DNA of 64,000 nucleotides from Flavobacteriales bacterium (GTDB taxonomy: Bacteria > Bacteroidota > Bacteroidia > Flavobacteriales_D > Sanyastnellaceae), in assembly GCA_018402085.1 (NCBI GenBank), contig JAGYJM010000001.1:28562-92561 (forward strand), given 5' to 3'. The position numbers were made by a program, and so were the translations under genes. The first letter of the stretch is position 1; every line of letters begins with the position of its first letter. The notes below the pieces were generated by a model, which saw only the letters and a list, made by a program, of their open reading frames with translations, made no database searches and was not told the DNA's origin. This document shows, piece by piece, positions 21,925 through 31,459 of this stretch.

Positions 21925-24417
21925 TTATTGCATGCCCGGAACAGGTGCTTCCGGAATGATCAGGAAGAGCTCTGCCCTTCTATTCAACCCATGTTGTTGC
22001 CCAGTACACGGAATACCGTCAATACAATGATTCACCGGCTCTTCTTCGCCTTTCCATACTACAGAGATCCGACTGGCGTCAACGCCAAGCGCGACCAGTT
22101 GTTCTCGTGTGCTCTCGGCTCGATAGCGTGAGAGCGCGCTATTGTATGTTTTACTTCCGCGCGAATCAGTGTGTGCTTCAATTTCGATGAGTGCCTCCGG
22201 AAGCTCGTTGAGCTGCTGGGCAAAGGCGTTAAGTTTCTGTTCTTCCTGCTCTGACAGTTTTGAGCGGTCAAAACCGAAGAATATTTGTTCTGCCTGCACC
22301 CGTGTGCTGCCATTGACCACTTCCACATTTCGGCCCTCTTCTACATAATTCAGAAGGATTTCCGCATACTCAGCAGTTGCTAGTCCTTCGGTTGACGCCA
22401 ACAGCGAGGCCACCACTACTGCTTCAGGGTCAGCATGGTCAATATCCATTGGGCTATCAGCAATGCTAAGGTTCCATGCACGGCCATCACCTACGAATGC
22501 GAGCACACCCTCGTCTTCTGCCATTGAAAAGTCAACAAATGCGGTCTCCCGTTTGCCGGAAGGTGCATACCACATCATGGCGTGAAGGTGGCCTGAATTG
22601 ACGGCGAATTCTACCCCATTGGCCGTAGCCATTTCACTTCGTACCCCGCCGGTTTCCATGTCTTTCAAGAAAACAAGACTGCCTGCCTGGGGCTGTTCAC
22701 CTTCTATGTCGGGCCACTCAGCCCTGAAGAACTTATCGAGTTGAAGCGTCTCAGCAGATGCGGAAGAAGGGTAGTCAAGGCGTTGGGTAGCGTTGAGGTT
22801 TTTCCAGCTTTTGTACGGTATTTTTTTCTTGCGGAATGTGCTTTCCTTGTAAGACTCTACTCTTGCGTCTACATAGAATTGCTCTTTATCAGGACTATCA
22901 TACACGTAGCGCAAGCCGTATGGTGTTTGCTCCGGTTTACAGTGCATTACAAGCTTTTCTCCATCGATTTCCCAGGCAAATTCATACGGATCTGTGCCGT
23001 TCATGGTAACTTTGAAGCTTCCACGGGCAGCTGATAGATCCAGCGTTTCATCGCTGCGGAGATTCTTGACTTGCACATGCTCAGGATAAACAGGATTCCC
23101 GTCAGCATCGGTGAGGGCAATTTCTGCTTCAATCAACTCGCTCATAGACTCCCACCAAAAGAGGTCATCCCCGGTGTCACGTCCGTCGCGGTTGCTGCAG
23201 AAATAGCCGAAGCTGTCTCCCATGTAAACGAGTCCGAAATCATCGCTTCTGCTATTTACCGGGATACCAGGATTTTCTACAGGGGCATTTTTAATATCGA
23301 GGTGGGTGAAGAAAAGGTCAAGTCCGCCAAGCGAGGGGTGACCATCGGACGCAAAACAGAATCTTCCGTCAGGTGCAAAGGCCGGGTAAATTTCATTTCC
23401 TTCAGTATTTATATGGTCTCCCATTCTTTGTGGGGTACCCCACTCGCTCAGCTCTTCATCCCATTCGCAAAAGTATAGGTCCATCGCACCCTTACCGTCT
23501 TTGCGATTTGATGAGAAGAACAGCTTGCTGCCGTCAGGTGAAAGTGCGGGGTAGGCCGAGCTGGCGAGATCGTCATTGAAAGCCGGAATGTCTTGCTCAA
23601 CCCATTCGCCGTTTTCCATCTTGTACGAGAGTATCAGCGCATACACGTGACCTTCCACATCGAGGGCCGGCTTTTCATTTTTAGTAAGAAAGCGGGTCAC
23701 GTAGAGGATTTCACGCGCGGCATCAAAGCATGCCGGCCCGTCGAGAAATTTTGTGTTAACCACACCCTCCATCATTTCAGCCGAGACCAGATTGAATTTA
23801 TCGTCAATGGATGTTTGGTAGAGGTCATAATCAGCGAGAAAGCGACGGTGTGGAAACCAGTCATTCTCTATTTCCGTGGCCAGAGGCAGCACTAAAAGTT
23901 CTTTAAACTGTGCTGGAGGCAGGGCTGACCGGTTAACGTTAACTCCGAGGGCTTCAGTATGAAACATACGATCGTCTGACTCTAGTGTGCTGTAGTACCG
24001 GGGGTCATTGAGCAACCTTTGTGCACGTGTGTCTTCGGGAGCCTTTTGTTTGTAACGGCTCATCCAGAAGGCCGCGGCTTCGTATTCGCCAAGCTGTTGG
24101 TGCACGTCGCTACAGTAATAGTAGTCGAGGGCATCGTGAGCACCTGCTTCTATGGCTTTTTTGTAATAAGTACGGGCGTCTTCGGGTATTCCCATCATGC
24201 GGTAGCAATCTGCTATGCGACGCAAGATGAATGGGTGTTCGGGTGCTTTCAGTTCAGCCGATTTAAAAGCTTCAAGGGCCTCGAACAGGTCGAATTCAAC
24301 GAAGTACATTTCACCTTTCCGCGCTGATCGGGGCAGGTCGCCTCCATCAGCAACTGATGACCAGGCTGAAAGACCTGAAAAAACGAAGAATAGTAAAAAC
24401 GAGATGAGATTTTTCAT
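21925..24417 (-). CDS. OmpA-family protein with N-terminal TPR, PD40-like (TolB-type) beta-propeller repeats and a C-terminal OmpA_C peptidoglycan-binding domain
   Basis: Signal peptide MKNLISFLLFFVFSGLSAWS (start trimmed from 24438 to the ATG at 24417). PD40-like YPALSPDGSKLFFSSNR...MDLYF and YPAFAPDGRFCFASD...GGLDLFF. OmpA_C region: FGFDRSKLSEQEEQKLNAFAQQL...IEIEAHTDSRGSKTYNSALSRYRAESTREQLVALGVDASRISVVWKGEEEP...NRRAELFLI. Confidence 0.9.
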   Translation of the reverse strand: MKNLISFLLFFVFSGLSAWSSVADGGDLPRSARKGEMYFVEFDLFEALEAFKSAELKAPEHPFILRRIADCYRMMGIPEDARTYYKKAIEAGAHDALDYYYCSDVHQQLGEYEAAAFWMSRYKQKAPEDTRAQRLLNDPRYYSTLESDDRMFHTEALGVNVNRSALPPAQFKELLVLPLATEIENDWFPHRRFLADYDLYQTSIDDKFNLVSAEMMEGVVNTKFLDGPACFDAAREILYVTRFLTKNEKPALDVEGHVYALILSYKMENGEWVEQDIPAFNDDLASSAYPALSPDGSKLFFSSNRKDGKGAMDLYFCEWDEELSEWGTPQRMGDHINTEGNEIYPAFAPDGRFCFASDGHPSLGGLDLFFTHLDIKNAPVENPGIPVNSRSDDFGLVYMGDSFGYFCSNRDGRDTGDDLFWWESMSELIEAEIALTDADGNPVYPEHVQVKNLRSDETLDLSAARGSFKVTMNGTDPYEFAWEIDGEKLVMHCKPEQTPYGLRYVYDSPDKEQFYVDARVESYKESTFRKKKIPYKSWKNLNATQRLDYPSSASAETLQLDKFFRAEWPDIEGEQPQAGSLVFLKDMETGGVRSEMATANGVEFAVNSGHLHAMMWYAPSGKRETAFVDFSMAEDEGVLAFVGDGRAWNLSIADSPMDIDHADPEAVVVASLLASTEGLATAEYAEILLNYVEEGRNVEVVNGSTRVQAEQIFFGFDRSKLSEQEEQKLNAFAQQLNELPEALIEIEAHTDSRGSKTYNSALSRYRAESTREQLVALGVDASRISVVWKGEEEPVNHCIDGIPCTGQQHGLNRRAELFLIIPEAPVPGMQ

Positions 24418-24637
24418 AACAGGGGTGTTGATCTGCAATTCCCCTATACGTGCTGACCTCTTCGCATGGTCGTCAGAGGTTGTCTCAATGACTTGTCAGC
24501 CGTTTCTTACATGCCTTTTGCTTCGCCGTGCAGACGCGTTGAAGGGTCGTTTCTGAACAGGTGTGTACCTATCCTGCTCTGTGCAATGAAGGCTGACCTC
24601 ATCATGGTGTTTCATTGAGACCTGTTATTTTCGCTTC

Positions 24638-25927
24638 ATGAATGACACAGAACGTGATTTTGCTCAATTTATCGAAGACTGGCTTCTGAATCTGGGTATT
24701 GAAGCCGGAATGACCCAGGCGACGAAAATGCTCATTCTCGTTGCCGTGATGTTCGTGATTGCCGGAATTCTATGGGCGATTGGTCAGCAGTTCATCAACC
24801 GGGTGGTGCACCGCCTTGCGAGGCGCACCAAAACGGACATGGACGATTACCTGATGGACAAAGGATTTTTCAACAAGCTCGGTCACATTATACCGGTAGT
24901 TGTGATCAGTGGGCTTGCCCCTGTTGCGTTTAGCGACTATCCTGCCTGGGTTCCATATATAGAACGCGTTACAGATGGTTTCAATATTCTTATCATTCTT
25001 CGCGCGATCAATGCGCTGATCAATGGCGTTGGCTCTTTTTTAACCAGCACGCCTAAATATCGCGACAAACCTGTGGCAAGTTTTACGCAGCTCAGTAAAA
25101 TACTGGTCTGGCTGATAGGCATCCTCATTCTTGGTGCTGTCGTTCTCGGTGAAAATCCACTGGTGGCTTTCACCGCACTGGGTGCCGCCTCTGCGGTTTT
25201 ATTATTTGTCTTCAAGGATGCCATTCTGGGCTTCATCGCAAGCATTCAACTCACGGTGAATGATATGATCCGCCTCGGAGACTGGGTTTCACTTCCGAAA
25301 TACAGTGCTGACGGCAATATCATCGAGATCAATCTCACCACGGTTAAAGTGAGTAACTGGGACAAAACCATTTCTACGGTGCCCACCTATGCTTTTGTGG
25401 CCGATGGCGTCACCAACTGGCGTGGTATGGAAGAGGGTGGGGGGCGCCGTATAAAACGCGCTGTAAAGCTTAAGATATCCAGTGTGAAGCTCTGCACAGA
25501 TGAAATGCTGGATCGTTTCAGTAAAATCGAGTTGGTTCGTGACCACATCGCAAGGCGGCGCGAAGAAATTGATCGATTTAATAAAGAACACAAGGCAGAT
25601 ACCGCAGCCTCTGTGGTGAACGGCAGACGCATGACGAACCTCGGTATTCTGCGTGCCTACATCGAAGCTTATGTCAGGCGTAACCCCAACATTAATCAGG
25701 AGATGACCTGTATGGTAAGGCAGATGGAGTCTACCAATGAGGGTGTGGCACTTGAAGTCTATTGCTTTAGTAAAGAGAAAGCCTGGATAACATACGAAGG
25801 CATTCAGGCAGATATTTTTGACCACATCCTGGCCATCATTCCGCACTTCGACCTCGATGTCTTCGAGTCTCCGGCAAGCTCAGACCTCAACGGTATGAAG
25901 GTCATTCTTAGAGGTGACACTGCATAA
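24638..25927 (+). CDS. Mechanosensitive ion channel family protein (MscS-like)
   Basis: 429 aa with N-terminal TM helices, then the MscS beta-domain pattern GDWVSLPKYSADGNIIEINLTTVKVSNWDKTISTVPTYAFVADGVTNW. Confidence 0.8.
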   Translation: MNDTERDFAQFIEDWLLNLGIEAGMTQATKMLILVAVMFVIAGILWAIGQQFINRVVHRLARRTKTDMDDYLMDKGFFNKLGHIIPVVVISGLAPVAFSDYPAWVPYIERVTDGFNILIILRAINALINGVGSFLTSTPKYRDKPVASFTQLSKILVWLIGILILGAVVLGENPLVAFTALGAASAVLLFVFKDAILGFIASIQLTVNDMIRLGDWVSLPKYSADGNIIEINLTTVKVSNWDKTISTVPTYAFVADGVTNWRGMEEGGGRRIKRAVKLKISSVKLCTDEMLDRFSKIELVRDHIARRREEIDRFNKEHKADTAASVVNGRRMTNLGILRAYIEAYVRRNPNINQEMTCMVRQMESTNEGVALEVYCFSKEKAWITYEGIQADIFDHILAIIPHFDLDVFESPASSDLNGMKVILRGDTA

Positions 25928-25998
25928 CTGATTCAAGCCGTTGCCGGTTGACGAAGAAAACAGAATCGCCGTAACTTGCGTTCAGATTTAAAGGTTTT

Positions 25999-26163
25999 AT
26001 GAAAATCCGCTCTTTCAATCGTTTGTTTGCGTTCATCGGAATCCTTGTGCTGTTGAGCTCATGCACACTCTTCCGCAAAAAAAACCGCTGCAATACGTGT
26101 CCGACCTGGCACGACGAGGTTGAGCTCACGGCTGAGAAAAAGAATGCAGCAAGCGAGCAGTAA
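25999..26163 (+). CDS. Candidate small lipoprotein (54 aa) with a CxxC motif. Not in the ORF track because it is under 60 aa.
   Basis: ATG at 25999. MKIRSFNRLFAFIGILVLLSSCTLFRKKNRCNTCPTWHDEVELTAEKKNAASEQ, with lipobox-like LLSSC and CNTC. The stop TAA at 26161..26163 overlaps the start of the SprT-like gene by 20 nt. Confidence 0.45.
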   Translation: MKIRSFNRLFAFIGILVLLSSCTLFRKKNRCNTCPTWHDEVELTAEKKNAASEQ

Positions 26164-26752
26164 GGTACTAATCGCATACCTTGAGCGTATTCCGGATGCA
26201 GCGCATCCTTTTACACTGGCGCTGCTTGAGCGTTATCCGGTGCGGTTGCGCCTCAGCGCACCGCGCAAGAGTAAATGGGGTGATTACCGGTACGGAAATC
26301 GCTATACCCCAACGATTTCAGTCAACCGTGACCTGCCACCTTCTCTTTTTCTGCTGACCTTTATGCACGAAATGGCGCATCACCTGGTGCAAATTGACTA
26401 TGGCTCGCGTGTTTCTGCTCATGGTTCTGAGTGGAAGCACACCTTTAGCAAACTGATGTTGCCACTGCTCTCGCCAAAAGTATTTAAAGATGACGAGCTG
26501 CTGGTGCTGGCTGTGCACATGCGCAACCCGCGGGCGAGCCTTGCCACAGATCCGGCGCTTCACGCCCTTGCCGTCAAACTGATGCATGGTGACGCACTCA
26601 CCGTTGCTGAGCTCACTGCCGGAGACCGCTTCTTTTTTCGGGAGCGCACTTACATACGCCAGGAGGCTGTGCGTAAACGCATCCGGTGCTTTTGCACCGA
26701 AAATGAGCGCATCTATCTCTTTCAGCCATCCACTCCGATTGAAGCCCTCTGA
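26144..26752 (+). CDS. SprT-like zinc metallopeptidase domain protein
   Basis: HEMAHH zinc motif within FLLTFMHEMAHHLVQIDYG...HGSEWKHTF. Start trimmed to the ATG at 26144 (MQQASSKVLIAYLE). The track ORF begins at an alternative start codon at 26120. Confidence 0.7.
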   Translation: MQQASSKVLIAYLERIPDAAHPFTLALLERYPVRLRLSAPRKSKWGDYRYGNRYTPTISVNRDLPPSLFLLTFMHEMAHHLVQIDYGSRVSAHGSEWKHTFSKLMLPLLSPKVFKDDELLVLAVHMRNPRASLATDPALHALAVKLMHGDALTVAELTAGDRFFFRERTYIRQEAVRKRIRCFCTENERIYLFQPSTPIEAL

Positions 26753-26812
26753 GGCATCGAAATTTGTACTTTTACAGCGTCTTGAAAAGCGAGACATAGC
26801 AATCATCAGCGC

Positions 26813-27904
26813 ATGGAACATCAGCACAACTATGCGGTCATTATGGCCGGAGGCATCGGAAGCCGTTTCTGGCCCATGAGCCGCAGCGCCTACCCGAAGC
26901 AGTTTCACGATATTCTCGGTACCGGGAAAACGCTGATCCGGATGACGTACGACCGCCTCTTGCGCATTGCACCTGCTGATAACATATATGTTGTCACCAA
27001 TGAACGGTACCTCGATCAGGTACTTGAACAGCTGCCGGGCATGGACGAACAACGGGTGCTTTGTGAGCCCTTCATGCGGAATACGGCACCTTGTATTGCT
27101 TACGCCAATGCGTGCATTGCACAACGGGATCAGGAGGCGAACATCGTAGTGGCACCGAGCGATCACCTCATCACTGACGAAGCCGGATTTATAGAGACGC
27201 TTGAAGTAGCGATAGCTGAGACGTCAAGATCGCTGAGCCTGATGACCCTTGGCATCAAGCCCAGCCGACCGGATACCGGTTATGGCTATATCCAGTTTGA
27301 AGATAACATCCCGGGCAGCGAGGATCGGATTCGGGAGGTAAAAACTTTTACGGAGAAACCTCAGCTTGAACTTGCACAGCAGTTTTTAGATTCTGGTGAG
27401 TTTTACTGGAACTCAGGCATCTTTGTTTGGAGTCTGCGGAATATTGATGCTGCTTTCGAAGCCCACCTCCCTGAAATGCACCAGCTTTTCGCTGATCATG
27501 CGGAAGATTTCGGCACGTTGCGCGAGAAAAAAGCCATCGCGGCAATTTACGGAGCGTGCGAAAACATCTCCATTGACTACGGGATCATGGAAAAAGCTGA
27601 AGACGTGAAAGTTGTGCTCAGCGATTTCGGCTGGAGCGACCTCGGCACATGGGGATCGCTGTATACCCACCTTCTGCAGGATGATCAGGGCAATGGCGTG
27701 GTAGGTAAAAATGTGATGGCTTATCAGTCAGCGAACAACGTGGTTTACGCTTCACATAAGAAGCTCGTTGTATTGCAGGGGATCAGCGATTATATCGTGG
27801 TAGATACCGAAGACGCACTTCTGATTTGTTCAAAGAAAGACGAGCAAAAGATCAAAAGCATTGTCAATGATCTCAAGGTGAATAAGGGTGACGCCTTTGT
27901 TTGA
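26813..27904 (+). CDS. Mannose-1-phosphate guanylyltransferase
   Basis: N-terminal nucleotidyltransferase signature VIMAGGIGSRFWPMSRSAYPKQF, then VVAPSDHLI and GYGYIQ. 363 aa. Confidence 0.85.
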   Translation: MEHQHNYAVIMAGGIGSRFWPMSRSAYPKQFHDILGTGKTLIRMTYDRLLRIAPADNIYVVTNERYLDQVLEQLPGMDEQRVLCEPFMRNTAPCIAYANACIAQRDQEANIVVAPSDHLITDEAGFIETLEVAIAETSRSLSLMTLGIKPSRPDTGYGYIQFEDNIPGSEDRIREVKTFTEKPQLELAQQFLDSGEFYWNSGIFVWSLRNIDAAFEAHLPEMHQLFADHAEDFGTLREKKAIAAIYGACENISIDYGIMEKAEDVKVVLSDFGWSDLGTWGSLYTHLLQDDQGNGVVGKNVMAYQSANNVVYASHKKLVVLQGISDYIVVDTEDALLICSKKDEQKIKSIVNDLKVNKGDAFV

Positions 27905-28045
27905 GGGTCTCCTGGCAGTCGTGTCTTTTTGCAGACGCTGCGCATCTTTTTATTGCTTCGATGCTTCAGCGGTTCACCGTTTTGAGCGGAGGCTTCGTTT
28001 TCTGCCGGCGGGTTTTGTTGTGGTTTTGGTCTTGGCTGAGAAGTA

Positions 28046-28237
28046 GTGATGAAGCGGAATTTCTTCCCGATCCCGCGAATTCTCTGCGATCGTGGGCCCC
28101 TCCCCCGCCACCACCGCGCGTGTTGTCTCCGTCGGCCATCCGGCCAACTGCGTGCCGTGAAGTTCGCTTCTATTTCCAAACCATCAAAACCCAAGCCCTG
28201 GTTAATTCACGAAAGCCTCATTTCTCTTTACGAATGA
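28046..28237. repeat. Dispersed non-coding element, copy B (partner of 21451..21641)
   Basis: The 74-bp core at 28069..28142 is identical to 21464..21537. Lies in a 540-bp gap between two convergent genes. Confidence 0.8.
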
Positions 28238-28362
28238 GACCCGCACAAGACCAATGTGCTAACCCCTCAGCGTTTTCAGCTTAGATTCACCTATGCCCGC
28301 GTTTCAAGTTCGAGGAGGTGATCAGCAATAACCAAATACAAAAAAGGCCTGATTGACAGGCA

Positions 28363-28383
28363 CGCCGCAAAAGCGGCGGATGG
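28363..28383 (+). repeat. GC-rich hairpin, family H
   Basis: CGCCGC-AAAA-GCGGCG-GATGG, directly abutting the fumC terminator. Confidence 0.6.
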
Positions 28384-28415
28384 AAAAAGAGGTGCCACAC
28401 CCGTTGCGGCACCTC
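28384..28415 (-). terminator. Intrinsic terminator of fumC
   Basis: Stem gaggtgcc / ggcacctc (8 bp, extendable), followed on the minus strand by TTTTT. Lies about 30 nt after the fumC stop. Confidence 0.7.
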
Positions 28416-28443
28416 GATTCATAGTCAGGTCAAATATTTTGGG

Positions 28444-29835
28444 TTACGCCCCGATCATCTTCCTGGGGTCAACCCACTCGTCGTACTCCTCAGAGGTGAG
28501 GTAACCGAGGTCAAGAGCTGCTTCTTTAAGCGTTGTGCCTTCTTTATGCGCTTTTCCGGCAATCTCGGCAGCCTTGTAATAGCCTATCTTATTGTTCAGG
28601 GCAGTAACGAGCATAAGTGAATTGTCGAGCAGTTCTTTAATACGCGCATGGTTAGGTGCTATTCCGTCGGCGCAGTTCTCACTGAATGAAACGCAGGCGT
28701 CACCGATCAGTTGTGCCGACTGAAGCAGATTTCCGGCCATCATAGGTTTAAACACATTGAGTTCATAATGGCCCTGGGTGCCTCCAACGGTGATCGCCAC
28801 ATCGTTTCCCATCACCTGAGCACAGACCATTGTGATCGCTTCTGCCTGAGTAGGATTGACCTTTCCGGGCATAATTGAAGACCCGGGCTCGTTGGCCGGT
28901 ATGATAAGCTCACCAATTCCTGAACGCGGGCCACTGGCCATCAGGCGGATGTCATTTGCGATCTTATTGAGGCTCACGGCGAGCTGCTTAAGTGCGCCAT
29001 GCGTCTCAACTACCGCATCATGTGCAGCAAGTGCTTCAAACTTATTTTCAGCGGTCACGAAAGGCAAGCCCGTAAACTGAGCTATGTATTTCGCCACATT
29101 CTCTGAATATCCTTTCGGAGTGTTAATGCCGGTGCCCACGGCGGTGCCTCCAAGCGCAAGCTCAGACAGGTGGGGTAAAGTGTTTTTCAGTGCTTTGAGG
29201 CCGTGGTTCAGTTGTGACACATAACCACTGAACTCTTGTCCGAGCGTCAACGGGGTTGCGTCCATCAGGTGCGTGCGTCCGATCTTTACCACGTCTTGCA
29301 GTTCTATGCGCTTTGCCTCAAGGGTATCGCGTAGTTTTTGCACGCCCGGAATGGTCACTTCAACAATTTTTTTATACCCAGCAATGTGCATAGCCGTCGG
29401 GAAGGTATCATTAGAAGACTGCGACTTGTTTACGTCATCATTGGGGTGAAGCGGGCGCTCACCCGTGCCAAGTGTGCCACCATCGAGCACGTGCGCGCGG
29501 TTGGCTACCACTTCATTGACATTCATATTGCTTTGTGTGCCCGAGCCCGTCTGCCAGATCACTAAGGGAAACTGATCATCAAGTTTACCTTCGAGGATCT
29601 CGTCACACACTTGTTTGATGAGATCACGTTTTTTCTCATCGAGGATACCGGCATCACAATTGGTGAATGCCGCCGCCTTTTTGAGGTAGGCAAATGCATG
29701 CACAATTTCTAAAGGCATACTGCCGGGAGCCCCTATTTTGAAGTTATTTCTTGAGCGTTCTGTCTGTGCGCCCCAGTACTTGTCAGCGGGCACCTTTACC
29801 TCGCCCAGGGTGTCTTTTTCAATGCGGAATTCCAT
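28444..29835 (-). CDS. fumC: Fumarate hydratase, class II
   Basis: 463 aa. Signature [14 protein letters not shown]-terminus [28 protein letters not shown]. Confidence 0.95.
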   Translation of the reverse strand: MEFRIEKDTLGEVKVPADKYWGAQTERSRNNFKIGAPGSMPLEIVHAFAYLKKAAAFTNCDAGILDEKKRDLIKQVCDEILEGKLDDQFPLVIWQTGSGTQSNMNVNEVVANRAHVLDGGTLGTGERPLHPNDDVNKSQSSNDTFPTAMHIAGYKKIVEVTIPGVQKLRDTLEAKRIELQDVVKIGRTHLMDATPLTLGQEFSGYVSQLNHGLKALKNTLPHLSELALGGTAVGTGINTPKGYSENVAKYIAQFTGLPFVTAENKFEALAAHDAVVETHGALKQLAVSLNKIANDIRLMASGPRSGIGELIIPANEPGSSIMPGKVNPTQAEAITMVCAQVMGNDVAITVGGTQGHYELNVFKPMMAGNLLQSAQLIGDACVSFSENCADGIAPNHARIKELLDNSLMLVTALNNKIGYYKAAEIAGKAHKEGTTLKEAALDLGYLTSEEYDEWVDPRKMIGA

Positions 29836-29853
29836 CTGTACAGGTTTGTCGTA

Positions 29854-30213
29854 TCAAGATTTGAGAAGTATTTCGAAATTTTCAAGCGGTCGCCCTACCA
29901 CAGCGGCTTTCTTGCCCATGAGAACAGGCCTTTCAAGCAGTTTCGGGTAGATAACAATTGCTTCAGCCCACTCATCATTTGAGAGCTGTTTGCCTTTAAA
30001 ATGCGCTTTGTAATCTGCTTCACCCTTGCGAATGAGACCGCTATTCAGTGGGTCACCCCCTAATAGACGGATGAGGGTTTTCACCTCCTCCGTTGTCAAA
30101 GGGTCTTTCAGGTATTCACGAACGGCATATTCAACACCATAGTTTTCAAGAAATGCGATTCCCTCACGGCTCTTTCGACATTGGTTATTGTGCAGGATCG
30201 TCCAGTCAGCCAT
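29854..30213 (-). CDS. ArsC/Spx-family protein (arsenate reductase-like fold)
   Basis: 119 aa. ILHNNQCRKSREGIAFLENYGVEYAVREYLKDPLTTEEV is typical of the ArsC/YffB family. Its start overlaps the prfB stop by 1 nt. Confidence 0.75.
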   Translation of the reverse strand: MADWTILHNNQCRKSREGIAFLENYGVEYAVREYLKDPLTTEEVKTLIRLLGGDPLNSGLIRKGEADYKAHFKGKQLSNDEWAEAIVIYPKLLERPVLMGKKAAVVGRPLENFEILLKS

Positions 30214-31319
30214 TACGCATCTTCTGTTGTTGCGCCACTTCCCTGGCTCATAAGATAGGCCTTCAGCATCTCGTCAATGTGACCGTCCATAATGTGATCT
30301 ACGTTTGAAGTTTCATATCCGCTGCGAAGGTCTTTGACCATTTTGTAAGGTTGCATCACATACGAGCGGATCTGTGATCCCCATTCTATTTTTTTCTTTC
30401 CGGCTTCAATCTCAGCCTTGGCTTCATTTCGCTTGTCTAGTTCGATTTCATACAACTGCGATTTCAAGAGCTGCATGGCTTTCTCTTTGTTTTGCAGCTG
30501 GCTTCGTGTTTCGGTATTGTCAATGACGATGCCGGTTGGCTTGTGTCGCAAGCGCACCCCGGTCTCTACCTTGTTAACGTTTTGCCCGCCGGCGCCGCCT
30601 GAGCGAAAGGTTTCCCAGCTGATATCTGCAGGGTTGACGTCAACCTGAATGGAGTCATCTACAAGCGGGTATACGTAGACAGATACAAATGAAGTATGCC
30701 TTCGTGCATTCGAGTCGAAGGGTGAGATGCGCACGAGTCGGTGCACACCATTCTCACCTTTGAGCATTCCGAAGGCAAACTCACCGTCAAATTCAAGCGT
30801 TACCTGTTTAATTCCGGCAACATCACCCTCTTGCATTTCTATCTCACGAATCTTAAACCCTGAGCGTTCTCCGTACATCAGGTACATCCGCATCAGCATT
30901 GATGCCCAGTCGCAGCTTTCAGTACCACCTGCACCGGCGGTGATCTGAAGTACTGCTGAAAGTGCGTCTTCTTCGCGAGAGAGCATGTTTTTGAATTCCA
31001 GCTCTTCAATGAGCGTTTTGGTTTGCTCGTAGAGTTCCATTACTTCCTCTTCGCTTCCTTCGCCCTCTTTGAAAAACTCGAACATTATACGCAGGTCTTC
31101 GACCCCTTGCACGCACTGCTGGTAGCTGTCAGTCCATGATTTTTTAGTGCGAATACGCCGCATAACAGACTCTGCCTTCTTGGGGTCATTCCAGAATTCA
31201 GGATCTTGAGTCAGCTTTTCGTCTTCTTGTATTTCGAGACGTTTCTGATCGATGTCGAGATAGCCTCTGAGGGCATCCAGACGCTCAGACAGACCGTCTA
31301 AGGTTTCACTTGTGATCAT
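30213..31319 (-). CDS. prfB: Peptide chain release factor 2 (no programmed frameshift)
   Basis: SPF motif ([15 protein letters not shown]) and GGQ motif ([14 protein letters not shown]). Start trimmed to the ATG at 31319 ([26 protein letters not shown]). The LRGYL-D junction reads CTC GAC with no in-frame UGA. Confidence 0.92.
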   Translation of the reverse strand: MITSETLDGLSERLDALRGYLDIDQKRLEIQEDEKLTQDPEFWNDPKKAESVMRRIRTKKSWTDSYQQCVQGVEDLRIMFEFFKEGEGSEEEVMELYEQTKTLIEELEFKNMLSREEDALSAVLQITAGAGGTESCDWASMLMRMYLMYGERSGFKIREIEMQEGDVAGIKQVTLEFDGEFAFGMLKGENGVHRLVRISPFDSNARRHTSFVSVYVYPLVDDSIQVDVNPADISWETFRSGGAGGQNVNKVETGVRLRHKPTGIVIDNTETRSQLQNKEKAMQLLKSQLYEIELDKRNEAKAEIEAGKKKIEWGSQIRSYVMQPYKMVKDLRSGYETSNVDHIMDGHIDEMLKAYLMSQGSGATTEDA

Positions 31320-31459
31320 ACGCGCAAATGTAGTGACTTGTGCGCATTTGGGCACCTGCATCGTGGCGCATGCTGCAGCAAGCTGCCACTGCTAAAGAGA
31401 TGACTGATGAATGAAGACCCACTCATTTTTCTACCTTGTGATCGCCAAAACAACTTACA

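Noticed and set aside
26318-27166. 282-aa minus-strand ORF spanning the SprT-like and guanylyltransferase genes.
   Set aside because: The plus-strand genes carry unmistakable motifs (HEMAHH; GGIGSRFWPMSR). The antisense ORF crosses an intergenic gap and has no recognisable features.
27911-27954. Possible terminator after the guanylyltransferase gene (gcag-t-cgt ... acg-ctgc, with a T-run 5 nt later).
   Set aside because: The stem is only 7 bp with a bulge and a 12-nt loop, and the T-run is detached. That is too weak to call.
31240-31280. Programmed +1 frameshift site expected in prfB (LRGYL-UGA-D in E. coli).
   Set aside because: The reading frame is continuous here (CTC GAC, with no in-frame stop), so this RF2 gene does not use the autoregulatory frameshift. 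That is common enough not to be notable.
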